A DNA stretch of 64,000 nt from Candidatus Bathyarchaeota archaeon (GCA_963717465.1 OY970340.1:1024001-1088000), one strand, 5' to 3'. Numbered from the stretch's first letter, positions 34,203 to 45,022 are shown. The notes: generated from the sequence alone by a model not told the origin. Translations and numbers: made by a program.

Positions 34203-35072
34203 CTAGAGCACCGTTGCTTTTGAATTGTTCAAATTCGCTTGCAGAATTTCGCCCTCATAACTTTTCATCGCCGCAATTACAGGTTTGACTTTATTCTTAG
34301 GTGCAAGTGCTGTTATCGCTGGTCCTTTGCCGCATAGTCCTGCTGCAACGGCTCCTGCCGCTAAAGCATCCAATGCTATGGTAGTGTCGTATCCTAAGGC
34401 TGAAGAATAAATCAAACCGTTAAGCGTTAACGCTTCTAGGAAGTTGCCTTTTAAGGCTTCGTTGTAGGCGATTTCAACAAGTGGCTTAACAGTTTGCAGT
34501 CCAGCAAAATTGGATTGTGCAGTGTAAGATTTTTTGGGTGGAACATGAAACAGCACAGTTAAATCGCTCGGCAACGGGAACTGCTTAACTATTTCTCGTT
34601 TCGAGTTATCAGTAACTAATGCTCCGCCAAAAAATGAAGCGCATGCATCATCAAAAGCTCCTGTAACCGTGACATTGGCATCAAAGGCCGCTTCAACACC
34701 TAACTTTACAACTTCTAAATCATCCAGGCTCTTGCCTAAAGCGCCAAGGGTTGCGAGGGCAACGGCGTTTGCGGCGGCACTGCTACTTTTTAGTCCTCTA
34801 GCAATGGGAATGTTTGAGTAAGTTTTCACTTTGGCACCATACTTATTTTCTAACCCGAATCGTTGCAGTATTCTCAGCACAGTTTTTTTGGTTAGAAGAG
34901 TGTTTTCTTTTGGATCTGAAGTGATTGTTGCTTCCACATTTTTTGGGTCATCGGTTAATTCTAATTCAGCTTTAGTCCATAAGTCAACTCCAAACGCGGC
35001 ACCCTTTCCTAAGGCAATTGCGTTAACTATCGTTGCTGCACCGTAAGATATTGCAACTGCTTTTCCCGCCAT
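34203..35072 (-). CDS. aroK: Archaeal GHMP-family shikimate kinase
   Basis: 'ATIVNAIALGKG', 'PIARGLKSSSA', 'TGAFDD'. Confidence 0.95.
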   Translation of the reverse strand: MAGKAVAISYGAATIVNAIALGKGAAFGVDLWTKAELELTDDPKNVEATITSDPKENTLLTKKTVLRILQRFGLENKYGAKVKTYSNIPIARGLKSSSAAANAVALATLGALGKSLDDLEVVKLGVEAAFDANVTVTGAFDDACASFFGGALVTDNSKREIVKQFPLPSDLTVLFHVPPKKSYTAQSNFAGLQTVKPLVEIAYNEALKGNFLEALTLNGLIYSSALGYDTTIALDALAAGAVAAGLCGKGPAITALAPKNKVKPVIAAMKSYEGEILQANLNNSKATVL

Positions 35073-35075
35073 TTT

Positions 35076-35930
35076 TTACACCTTTAAATGTTCTAATGCT
35101 GCTTGTCTCATAACTTCGATTGGTGCTGGCTGAGACGTCCAGATTGTGAAGGATGCTGCACCTTGGTAGATTAGCATTTCAACGCCGTTTACAACTTTGG
35201 CCTTTGCCTTTTTCGCGTCCCTTATCAGTTTTGTTTCAACAGGATTATACACAATATCCATCACTACTAAGTCAGGTTTTAGCCATTCAGCCGCAACTAA
35301 ACTTTGGTCAACGTTTGGTTTCATTCCCACTGAAGTAGCATTAACAAGAATATCCGACTCCTTAAGGCTCTCATGCACATTACTTGAGGTAAGCGCTTTG
35401 GAAACAATTTTCTTATTCACATTTCGCCTTAAAACTGCCGCTAAATTTTCTGCCTGTTTACCAGTCCGATTTAAAATTATCAGTTCACCAACTTTTTGAG
35501 CCAAACTGTACGCAATGGCTCTTGCAGCCCCACCTGCTCCAAGCAAAAGCAACTTTTTCCCTTTTAGATTCACATCGTTTTTTTCCAAAGCCCTTAATGC
35601 GCCAACTCCGTCCGTGTTAAAACCGCAAAGCCTACCATCCTTGTTTAGAATCGTGTTAACGGCATTTAGTGATTTGGAAGTTTGATCAATTTCATCTAAA
35701 TAATTAATTACTGTACTTTTATGAGGCATTGTAACGTTTAACCCGTGAATGTCTAATGCACGCATGCCTTTCAACGCGTTTTCCACGTTTTCCTTTTTTA
35801 CTCTAAAGGCTAAAAAAACATAATCCATTTTTAAATGGTCAAATGCTGCATTATGCAAGATGGGGCTTAAACTGTGCTCTATCGGGTCACCAATAACTCC
35901 GAACAAGCGTGTTTTTCCCGTTATACCCAT
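35076..35930 (-). CDS. aroE: Shikimate dehydrogenase
   Basis: 'HSLSP', 'NVTMPHK', 'NTDG', 'GAGGAA', 'MLIYQG'. Confidence 0.97.
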   Translation of the reverse strand: MGITGKTRLFGVIGDPIEHSLSPILHNAAFDHLKMDYVFLAFRVKKENVENALKGMRALDIHGLNVTMPHKSTVINYLDEIDQTSKSLNAVNTILNKDGRLCGFNTDGVGALRALEKNDVNLKGKKLLLLGAGGAARAIAYSLAQKVGELIILNRTGKQAENLAAVLRRNVNKKIVSKALTSSNVHESLKESDILVNATSVGMKPNVDQSLVAAEWLKPDLVVMDIVYNPVETKLIRDAKKAKAKVVNGVEMLIYQGAASFTIWTSQPAPIEVMRQAALEHLKV

Positions 35931-36615
35931 TCATTTTAACCCCAAAAGGTCGATTGCATCTTTCATTTCTTGAATAGTCATTTGTCCTGGTGCAGTATGT
36001 TTGTCTTTTTCGATTGAGGCAAACGTGAAGAATGCGCCGAAAGTTGGGGAGAGAAGTCTTGAAACTTTGCCCTGTTCCCCCATGCAGAAACAAACAAGTT
36101 TTGTCTTGCTTGAGTTTGCGGAAATAAAATTTAGGGATTCCAAATTGTCTTGGCTTTTTCTTGCAGTCGTTACAATTTTGCAGATACTTGCTCCGCTGAG
36201 CGATTTCTTTTTCAAGAATTCCGTTCATTTCTTCAATGCTTAGTGGTCCATCATAATTATGGTGAGAAACAATCGATTCAGCGCCTAACGCTTTCATTTC
36301 TTTAACTAGTTCCTTAAGCTTTGAACTCTGCAGGTTCAAATCGACGTAGTTAAAACCTGCTTTTGCCGCTTGGATTAACGTTTGGTTTCGTTGCGTTTCA
36401 GAACCTGAGAAATAGCCTTTTTCGCTTAACATTTTGTTTGTGGCGATTAAGGGAATTTTGGTGCTTGCTGGGAGGTCTGATAGTTTTCGCGAGTTTTCCA
36501 GTTTGTCCATTCTTACTTCGATGAAGTCTGCGTGTGCTTTTTCTGCCTTCTCGATTAGATTCTGTGCTTCAGATATGTCTTTGGGAAGAATTGACACGCA
36601 GATTCTGGTTGTCAC
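35931..36615 (-). CDS. aroD: Type I 3-dehydroquinate dehydratase (frameshift near 36195)
   Basis: 'EVRMD', 'IVSHH', 'CKIVT', 'CMGEQGKVSR', 'APGQ'. Confidence 0.93.
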
Positions 36616-37653
36616 TTTTCAATCACCATTTCTTCAGGGACGGATACGCCGAAGTGTCTTCCTCCTTTCGCGGCTAAATGCACTAAGACTTCATCGTTTG
36701 GTTTTAATTCTGTTACAGGTTTTGAACCGCTGGGAGTTACTACACAAATGGTTTCTGCGTTTTGAAGTATGGTTTTGATTTTCGTGTTGTTTACTTTGGC
36801 TTCAACTAATATTAAGGGTCGGAATTCAATTTTTGACCTTCCAACGTTCGTAATTCTAACTTTTCCTTCTCTGTTCACAACTAAGACTTCATCGCCAGCT
36901 TTCAATTCAGAGAGGTAACGAGTATTCTGAAGCGACGTAAGAGTATACTGCGATGCTGGTCCCGCGTTAACACGGAACGGTCTTGATGCAACGTAAGGGT
37001 TTTCGTTCACTTCCGCTTCAACTAAAAAGAAGCCTGCTGATTGGCATCCGACAAGCATTCCTTCGCCTGAAGACATTAAGTCGCAGGTGTCAACGCAAAC
37101 TCTTGCTCCGGAACTAATCGGTTTGATTGCTAAGACTTTGGCGGCTACTAAGATAACTTGCGGATTTATGGTTTTGACAATATTAATAGTCTTTGAGAGC
37201 TCGTCTGGAATCTTGGTTTCCAGTAAAACGCCGTCTGTTCCAAGTTCCAGCGCTTCAAGAACAAGTTTTGCGTCCTGCGCTGTCGTGACATGAGCGATTA
37301 GTTTGCTTTTTCCTCGTTTTTTAGCGATCAGGTTTTCTAATGGAATTACTCGCCAATCAAGACAGTTTATGATTATGTAATCAACTTGAAGTTGGGCTGC
37401 TTTTGCTGCTTTGTTTTCGTCTTCTTTTCCTTTAATGACTTATTTGAATGGCGGTTTTTTTGCCTTCGTTTTTTAATTGTGCAATGTTTTTTTCGTTTAG
37501 GTCAGCAAGAAAAGCTATTTCCTCTTTGCCATTTCGGCTTATTGCTTGCCCGTTTTCAAGGATTACATCTGCGTTTTCATTGGCAAGGCTAAGTAATGCT
37601 TCTTTATCCTTTTGTGAATCAACCTGTGTTATTTCAAACCAGAGTTCCTTCAA
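36612..37653 (-). CDS. 3-dehydroquinate synthase II (aroB', MJ1249 type; frameshift near 37440)
   Basis: 'WRVIPLENL', 'RVCVDTC', 'GEGMLVG', 'RPFRVNAGP', 'LQNAET', 'RHFG'. Confidence 0.93.
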
Positions 37654-38442
37654 TTGCTTTCACCAAGCAATTTAAGCGCTTGATCAACAGAGACTCCATC
37701 ATGAACTATGCTTTTAAGTGCCTTAGCTATTAAAGCAGGGTTTTCATACTGGAAAATGTTTCGTCCAATGGTGAGTCCTGCTCCTCCAGCTTTTATCAGA
37801 GTCATGGGCTGTTTGAAGAATTTCTTTGGGCGTTTTGCATTTTGGTCCTCCTGAAATAACTACTGGTACCGGACAGCTTTCAACCACTGCCTTGAAGGTT
37901 TCTATGCTGCCTGTGTAGTTTGCTTTTATTATGTCTGCGCCTAGTTCTGCTCCTATTCTCGCTGCGTGTGCAACAAGGTCTGGTGCATGTTCATTTTGTA
38001 TTTTTGGTCCTCTTGGGTACATCATTGCAAGTAATGGAATTCCGTATGCTTCGCATTCTTCGGCTACTTTGCCGAGGTTTTCAAGCATTTTTTCTTCATC
38101 TTGTGCGCCCACGTTTACGTGTACTGATACTGCGTCTGCGCCGATTCTGATGGCTTCTTGAACTGTGCATACTTGGGCTTTGCTGTTTACGTTTGGGGCT
38201 TAAGTTGGACAGACCTGATAGCATTACGATTAATCCTGCGTTTTTTGTGTCAACTATTTTTGCTATGCCTTTGTGGACAAGTACTGCGTCAACTTGTCCT
38301 TCTACGAGTTGGTTAATTATTTGCTGCATGTTGCCTATTCCTTGAACTGGGCCGATTGTTACACCGTGATCCATCGGAACGATTATGTTCGGTTGTCTTG
38401 CTGCATGATTCTTTTTAATCTGCGAGTTTTTCCTGAGTTCAT
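37650..38442 (-). CDS. 2-amino-3,7-dideoxy-D-threo-hept-6-ulosonate synthase (aroA', DhnA-type aldolase; frameshifts)
   Basis: 'GKTRRL', '[10 protein letters not shown]', 'MMYPRG', 'ELGADIIK', 'GGPK'; adjacent to aroB'. Confidence 0.9.
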
Positions 38443-38457
38443 TTTTTTTTCAACCTT

Positions 38458-39712
38458 TTATTTTTGTTTTCTTAATGAGTTTTTGATTAACTTGAGTGCT
38501 TCTTCCTTTTCATTCCAGTCTACAAAGAGTAGAATGCTTGATGTAATTGTTAATATTCCTGATATGTTTATGCCGTTTAATCTAAGGTCTTCGCTGATTT
38601 TTCCAATTATGCCATGTGTTTCTTCAAGCCCAACACCGCTTGTTTTAATGAAAACAAGGTCTTTTTTGACTGCCATCGCTATAGTTTCAGAGTGGCTTAT
38701 TGTTATCTTGTGGATATCGTTGAAGAGAGCGCTTAGATTTTTTTCTTTTTCCTGTGAAACATAGAGTATGGCGGAGTTTGTATTCATTGACATGCCTAAA
38801 AGTTGCGTGTGCTGTTTGACTTTTTCCGCCATTTCCTGTATGATTTGCGGGTTTGCGGATAATCCGTTTCCAACCACGGTTATTTCAGCAACTGGTGAAT
38901 CATGTGCGATTTCAGCGTCAAGTTCGGTGGCTAACCCACCTGTTATTATGCGTTCCTTCTTGCGTGAGGTTGCCCTGAGAATTACTGATCACTCGAACGT
39001 TGATGTTTTTAGGTTTGTACTTTAAGGCTTTGGTATGGATGAATTTCGCTCCTGAGTCTGCTAAGCCAACTAATGTGCTAACGTCGATTTCACTTAGTTT
39101 TTGTGGGGTTTTTACAATTTTTGGATCAGAGGACATTATGCCATCTGCATCAGTTACTAAAACTATTTCGTTTGCGTCCAATGCTTCGGCGATTATGAAT
39201 GCAGTTGTGTCGCTTCCCCCTCTTCCGAGAGTGGTGATTTTACCGTCTTTGGTTTTCCCTAAAAAACCTGCAATTACAGGTATAATGTTCTTTTCAATTA
39301 TCGGCTGGATTGCTTGGTTAATATTTTTTTTGCATTCTGTGAGGATTGGATTTGCGTTTTGGAATGTTGAGTCAGTTATTATTGGCCATTTGTCATCAAT
39401 TGGGTCGAAGTAACAGGCGTTTACACCGTTAGTCTTAAGCGCTGCAGCAAATATCCGCACACTGGTTCGCTCACCCATCGAGAGTATATCATCTAAATCA
39501 TGTTTTTCGAGTTTACCATTTGAAGTGTTTTTTGCTGTGGTCATGAGTATGTCGGTTGTCTTGCCCATTGCTGAAACTACAACGGCTATCTGTGTGCCTT
39601 TTTTTGCCTCATTCACTACGGCAACTGCAGCCTTGAGTAATTTTTCATGGTCAGCAAGGCTTGAACCGCCAAATTTAACCACAATTTTTTTGTTAGAATT
39701 ATTTTTTTCCAT
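38458..39712 (-). CDS. Aspartate kinase (frameshift near 38950)
   Basis: 'VVKFGGSS', 'VVSAMG', 'TLGRGGSD', 'TDADG', C-terminal ACT domains. Confidence 0.93.
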
Positions 39713-39731
39713 AAGTTACACCCATGCTTTG

Positions 39732-39890
39732 CCCAGAACTTTTCTTAAAACTTAAGTTCTGAGCTTAAGGAAAATAATAATAAAAGCAGTATTCGAAGCT
39801 AAAGATATGATCTGAATTCGCTATCATTTCTTGAGTTAATAGACATTGCTTCGAACCTGCAAAAAAGACATAGCCTTCAAAATATAAGCG
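39732..39890 (-). promoter_or_regulatory. aro operon leader: TATA box, helix, Phe/Tyr-rich uORF (39827..39765), downstream hairpin
   Basis: TTATAT near 39885; GCAGGTTCGAAGC (39860..39848) pairs GCTTCGAATACTGC (39799..39786); uORF MIANSDHIFSFEYCFYYYFP; CTCAGAACTT/AAGTTCTGGG hairpin. Confidence 0.6.
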
Positions 39891-40098
39891 TTTCGGAGTT
39901 TGACTGCTATTTAGCCATTTCCTCTACACAAATTCAACCACTTGTGCAATTTTTAAAGAAAAAAGTTGTACAAGAAAAGATACAACTGATGACCTTTTTT
40001 CTTCCTTCACACTTGAGTTGCTAAGGAAGGACTGCTATTTGAGCTATCTAGTTTGCTTAAGACTGTTACTCCTTCAACGGGAGTCTTCCTTCAAAAAG

Positions 40099-41187
40099 CT
40101 ATTTTTTCCCCAGCTTTGTCGGCAAGTATTCGTCAACGATGTACGTCAACCCGTAGCGGCTGAAAGCCTCTTGTTCTGCCTTGCGCTTGATTTTAAGGAA
40201 TAGTTTGATTTCTCGTTGCCAGAGTGGATCATCCTGGTATCTTGGGTCTTTCTGCAACTCGTAAAGTCTTTTGATGTCTACTTCGTCAAGTGGGTCCGTG
40301 GGTAGCTTGTATTCAATTATGTCTGAAGCCCAAACTCCACTCCAAACCGCATCAGGAGTGTTCAATTCTCGCAAGTGTGCCGCATTTGCTGAACCTGAAA
40401 TAATAACTTGGGCAATATGCATTCCCCATGGGTCTCCATCGGTTAAAATGTAAACTGGCAAGTTTAGTTCATCGTGAAGTCTGCGTATAAAGCTGCGGGT
40501 TTGTCTTGGTGCTTGACCACCACAGGAAATTAGCATGGCCTTGTGCTTGTTATGAACGTTTTCTTCAATAAACCGTGTGAACAATGCACCTTTCTCAATT
40601 GCGATTACTTTGTCAGCTTTTGTATTGATGAATTCGGCGGAGGTTAAAGCTGGGCCGATGAGAACGCCGTCTGGGTGACTTGTCAAGTTTAAGGTCCTTC
40701 CTTCGTAGCCTGGGACTGTGTAGCTGATTGTTAAATCTCCAAAAATTGCAGAGCGCTCTTCAGGAAAAATGTGAAAGTCTTCACGAGCAAACCCTGTTAG
40801 CGTTTCTAGATCAGTTATGATGTTGTTTGATTCCTGTTGGTCAGTGAACGTCATCTCGTATGCTTGAGCTGAATAATAGACATCTCTTAAAGTCGAAGTC
40901 TTGCGTTGCGAAGTCAACTCGTTACTGAACATTGCAGCCCACGCCAACTGTGTAAAAGGCTTAATATGTCGAATGTTCCGTGCGCTTCGGCTGACATTCT
41001 TTTCTCCTAAAACATACTGGCGCAATACAGGATCAAAATTAATGTTCTCTGTCGAACGGCTTGGCATATTAATAGTCGGAAAGACTCCTTGGTCAAGCTG
41101 ATTATAAATTTCCGTGCCAAACTTCTTTAGGCCTCCAATGACCTCATTTTTTCTCTCTACAATTTTAGCTTTCTTCGTCTGCGCCAT
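40099..41187 (-). CDS. top6A: DNA topoisomerase VI subunit A
   Basis: 'TLRDVYY', TOPRIM 'IEK', 'GQAP', 'TDGDPWG', 'KAEQEA'. Confidence 0.97.
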   Translation of the reverse strand: MAQTKKAKIVERKNEVIGGLKKFGTEIYNQLDQGVFPTINMPSRSTENINFDPVLRQYVLGEKNVSRSARNIRHIKPFTQLAWAAMFSNELTSQRKTSTLRDVYYSAQAYEMTFTDQQESNNIITDLETLTGFAREDFHIFPEERSAIFGDLTISYTVPGYEGRTLNLTSHPDGVLIGPALTSAEFINTKADKVIAIEKGALFTRFIEENVHNKHKAMLISCGGQAPRQTRSFIRRLHDELNLPVYILTDGDPWGMHIAQVIISGSANAAHLRELNTPDAVWSGVWASDIIEYKLPTDPLDEVDIKRLYELQKDPRYQDDPLWQREIKLFLKIKRKAEQEAFSRYGLTYIVDEYLPTKLGKK

Positions 41188-42712
41188 ACTTTTGCACACT
41201 CTTCAATAACTTTTCAATATCAGGGATTTTCTTTTTCCCAGCTAACATGGATGAAAACTGGGCAATTCTAGGCAAATACTTGCTGAAAATTCCAAGTCGC
41301 TTCTTCTCCATGTGCACATGTTCCTGTTTTGACAGGAAATGCTGTAGTTGACGAGCAACTTCACGCAGTGCATTTGCCTCTTCTCTTCGAACTTCAGGTC
41401 TGTCAGCAATGAATTCTTTCCCAACTGTTTTGTACGGAACTTTTGTGCTGCAAATATGAATGACAATGGCAATCGGCATGTCGGGAGTCACCTTGTAGCG
41501 GCGCCAATTTATAGCAGAAATAACCTTGAAGGAAACGTCACTGGCTTCATCATACAAAAGGGGAATCTTGTTGGCAAATCGGTAAATCATAAAATTTCCT
41601 TGTTTAGGCACATCTCCGCCATAAGCAACTGCCATTTCAATTATGAATGGATGACCCGCATAAGTTGACGGTTTACGTTGATGAACCACGAGGTACTCAG
41701 GTTTTAATTCCTTTATCACACCTGCCTTTAACAATTCTTCACCCAATGGTGACAAGCAACTTGCATCAGGCGGCAAAAAATCTTTGAATTTTTTAAGATT
41801 TTGCATCAAGCGCACTATTTCTTCATGCGTCAATTTTTTAGGATTCTTGCTCGGAGGCAGGGCGCTGAACTCTAGAAATTTTTGGGCTGTAATTTCACCT
41901 ACTCGGTGAAAATGTCCCTTCAAAAATTCCAGCATGTTACTGTAAGGAGTAATCTGGATTAGCCGTTGAAGCAACTCTACGTCAACACCGTACGGATGTG
42001 GAAGAGTTTCCTTAGGCGGCTCAGGCATGTCAGTTGTTGCCCGAGTGAACTTGTACAACCTGCCTTTTGGATCAACAAATGTTAGGTTCGCATACGGGTT
42101 AACCATGGCTGTTTGCTTAAAATACTCCAGAATCTTAGGCATAGCCCGAAGGTAATCGCCTTCTATCGTAAATTCAACTATTGTTCCCCGCCAATTGTCC
42201 TTGTTAATCAAGACTTTTCTATCCAAGATTATTGGGCGGTTGCGTTGAATGTCAATCATCAACTTGAAACTGTAAATTTTCGCTTGCCCCGTGCTGGATG
42301 TAACTGTCACGGGTTGATGGGTAGTGATTTGACCGTACAAAACAGCCATTTTGCCACCTAAGCCGAATGTACCCCTCATCTGCTTAAGCTTGTATTTGGA
42401 GCCGTAGAGGACTTGTCCAAAAGCTGAAGGAATAAAACGTGGCTGAATACCTGAACCATTATCTTGAACACGTAGCTTGTAAATTTGGGTTTCCTTTGTT
42501 GCTTCACTCTCAAAAGATAAACGAACATAAATGTCAGGCGGAATTTTCTGGCTTTCTGCAGCGTCCAGAGAGTTTTCAACAATTTCTCTAATTGCTACGA
42601 ATATTGCACGTGAAGGATTTGTTAAGCCAGCGATGTCTCGATTTCGATAGAAAAAGTCAGACGCACTTATTTCTTCAAATGTTGTTGCTTGAGCCACTTC
42701 TAGCCTACACAC
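41165..42712 (-). CDS. top6B: DNA topoisomerase VI subunit B
   Basis: GHKL 'EIVENSLDA', 'DNGSG', 'RGTFGLG', 'RFANKIPL'. Start may be GTG 42697. Confidence 0.97.
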   Translation of the reverse strand: MCRLEVAQATTFEEISASDFFYRNRDIAGLTNPSRAIFVAIREIVENSLDAAESQKIPPDIYVRLSFESEATKETQIYKLRVQDNGSGIQPRFIPSAFGQVLYGSKYKLKQMRGTFGLGGKMAVLYGQITTHQPVTVTSSTGQAKIYSFKLMIDIQRNRPIILDRKVLINKDNWRGTIVEFTIEGDYLRAMPKILEYFKQTAMVNPYANLTFVDPKGRLYKFTRATTDMPEPPKETLPHPYGVDVELLQRLIQITPYSNMLEFLKGHFHRVGEITAQKFLEFSALPPSKNPKKLTHEEIVRLMQNLKKFKDFLPPDASCLSPLGEELLKAGVIKELKPEYLVVHQRKPSTYAGHPFIIEMAVAYGGDVPKQGNFMIYRFANKIPLLYDEASDVSFKVISAINWRRYKVTPDMPIAIVIHICSTKVPYKTVGKEFIADRPEVRREEANALREVARQLQHFLSKQEHVHMEKKRLGIFSKYLPRIAQFSSMLAGKKKIPDIEKLLKSVQKYGADEES

Positions 42713-42825
42713 TTTCTCCTTTTTCTTCGCGAGTTGCTAAGTATATTTATGCTTGTTCTTTAAGTTAACTGAACAGCAAACAGTAAACGCTTGGTTATAT
42801 ATTTCGCTGCTTACTTGTTGAATGG

Positions 42826-44613
42826 TTATTTTTGCTTTAAACGTGTATAATAATACTCGCCGATCTGCTTTTGGAAAACATCCAATCGGCTGCCTTCCTT
42901 GTTAACTCTTGGACGCCTAGTCACTGAATCCCTGCGGAAAGAAATATCCATCGTCTTCAAGAAAGTGTTCATACCCTTCCGCAAACTTGTAGGCGGATTA
43001 GCAAAGCCTGAAACTCCAGGTTCTCCGTTGAAAACCATTAGTCGATCAGCAATAAAGTCCTGCGTCACCACGTCGTGTTCAACCACGAAGGCTGGAATGC
43101 CATGCGCTTCAACAATTCGCCGCAAAGTCTTCGCCATGTTTAATCTTTCATCAACATCAAGATACGCGCTAGGCTCATCAAGCAAGAAAAGATCTGCCTT
43201 CCTACTTAGACAAGCGGCAATTGCAACTTTTTGCAATTCTCCACCGCTCAATTCCATGACGTTACGATCCATAAGCGGCTGAAGCTTCAACGGCTCCGCA
43301 ATCTCAGTTTTATACCAGCTGGAAGTAAAGTTTTCCTTAGCAACTCCCATCAGCAACTCCAGCACGGTTCCTTCGTATTCAGGAGCAATGTACTGGGGCT
43401 TGTAACTTACAGTTAGCTCGCCTAATTTTTGTTTATCATCAGTTTCTTCAAGTCCAGCTAAAATTTTTACGAAAGTTGTTTTTCCAATGCCGTTTGGGCC
43501 AAGTATTCCGATTATTTCTCCGCTCTTTATTTCGCCTGGTTCAACGGTCAGTTTGAATTCTTTAAATGTTTTTTCAAGTTTGTTCCATTTAAACGATGGT
43601 TCGCCGATGCTGGCGCCTGCTGTTGGTGGTTTCTCATGGAAAACTATGGGTTCTTTGCGGAACATGATGTTCTCGTCTGGGATGTAACCTTGCAGGTAAA
43701 TGTTAATGCCTGTTCGCACGCCATGTACGTGTGAAACTACTCCGTAAACGCCTGCTTCCCCATAGAAAAGGCAGATTTGGTCTGACAAGTAATCGATTAT
43801 GGCTAAGTCATGTTCAGCTACGATTATAGTTTTTTGTTGTTCCTTTAAGCTTCTTATGGCTTTGGCAACCTGCAATCTTTGCTTTACATCTAAGTAACTA
43901 GACGGCTCATCGAAAAGGTAAACGTCAGCTTCACGACTTAACGCTGCTGTGACTGCTACTCGTTGAAGTTCTCCTCCGCTTAAAACTTCTAGTGGTCTAT
44001 CCCATACTTTGCGGAGCTCAAGGTCCTCAGCAATTTTGTCTAATTTCTTTCTTTCATCAACTTTTTCCAGTAGGTCGCCTACTTTTCCTGAAACTGCTTT
44101 AGGAATCTTGTCTACGTACTGCGGCTTGCTGCTTACCTTGAGTTTTTTCTCGCTCATCTTGGAGAAGTAGTCTTGAAGTGATGATCCTCGATAGTACTGT
44201 ATGATTTCGTTCCATTCTGGAGGTTTATCGAATTTTCCAAGGTTTGGTTTGATTTCTCCTGAAAAAACTTTTAGGGTCGTGGTCTTGCCAATTCCATTTT
44301 GTCCAAGCAAGCCTAAGACTGTGCCCGGTGAAGGCATTGGTAACCTGAAGAGTTTAAACGTGTTGGGTCCAAAACGGTGACTGCAATCTTTCTCCAGTTC
44401 ATCTGGGAGATTGACGATGCTGATTGCTTTGAAGGGGCATTTTTTAACGCATATTCCACATCCAGTGCATAGTTTTTCGGAGATGACTGCTTTGTTTCCT
44501 TCGATTCTTATGGCTTCTATGCGGCTTCGTACCATGGGGCAGTAGTTAACGCAGAGGTGTTCACATTTTTTTACTTTGCATTTGTCGATGTTAAGTACAG
44601 CAATTCGAGTCAT
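42826..44613 (-). CDS. rli: ABCE1/Rli1 ribosome recycling ATPase
   Basis: N-terminal Fe-S cysteines 'CTGCGICVKKCPF'; two NBDs with 'LSGGELQ'; 'RPRVNK'. Confidence 0.97.
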   Translation of the reverse strand: MTRIAVLNIDKCKVKKCEHLCVNYCPMVRSRIEAIRIEGNKAVISEKLCTGCGICVKKCPFKAISIVNLPDELEKDCSHRFGPNTFKLFRLPMPSPGTVLGLLGQNGIGKTTTLKVFSGEIKPNLGKFDKPPEWNEIIQYYRGSSLQDYFSKMSEKKLKVSSKPQYVDKIPKAVSGKVGDLLEKVDERKKLDKIAEDLELRKVWDRPLEVLSGGELQRVAVTAALSREADVYLFDEPSSYLDVKQRLQVAKAIRSLKEQQKTIIVAEHDLAIIDYLSDQICLFYGEAGVYGVVSHVHGVRTGINIYLQGYIPDENIMFRKEPIVFHEKPPTAGASIGEPSFKWNKLEKTFKEFKLTVEPGEIKSGEIIGILGPNGIGKTTFVKILAGLEETDDKQKLGELTVSYKPQYIAPEYEGTVLELLMGVAKENFTSSWYKTEIAEPLKLQPLMDRNVMELSGGELQKVAIAACLSRKADLFLLDEPSAYLDVDERLNMAKTLRRIVEAHGIPAFVVEHDVVTQDFIADRLMVFNGEPGVSGFANPPTSLRKGMNTFLKTMDISFRRDSVTRRPRVNKEGSRLDVFQKQIGEYYYTRLKQK

Positions 44614-44721
44614 GAAACGTCAAAGATGAAATTGACTTGTTAGTTATAAACTTGGAGTTTAAAAGTAGCTGTGGGCTTGAAGAATCGCTTCAAAGAAAAA
44701 TAATAAGGTTAGCCTAGCAAT

Positions 44722-44790
44722 TTACCATTCTTCTTCTTCCCATTCTTCATCTTCGCCTTCTTCCCATTCTTCGTCTTCTTCAAATATCAT
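44722..44790 (-). CDS. Putative acidic micropeptide MIFEEDEEWEEGEDEEWEEEEW (22 aa)
   Basis: Perfect GGAGGTGA SD (44808..44801), ATG 44790, TAA 44722, TTTAAA upstream, T-rich tract downstream. Confidence 0.65.
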   Translation of the reverse strand: MIFEEDEEWEEGEDEEWEEEEW

Positions 44791-45022
44791 CTTGGATTTT
44801 TCACCTCCACAAATACGGCAAATACTTTAGCATTGCTTGCTTTAGTTTAAACATTTGCATTCGTCAAATGTCGTTAATCTAAATTTAAACTCTGGGGAAA
44901 GATGGTTTTGTTCGCATGATTCTTCTATATAAATAACAGATGGCCAAATTAGATTCAGGTAAAATTTAGGCACACCATGTTGTTATTTATCAAAATGAAT
45001 AAATCTGCGTTACTTAGTTATT

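Noticed and set aside
40018..40098. Short hairpins downstream of top6A
   Set aside because: Only 5-6 bp stems, compatible with chance or a terminator.
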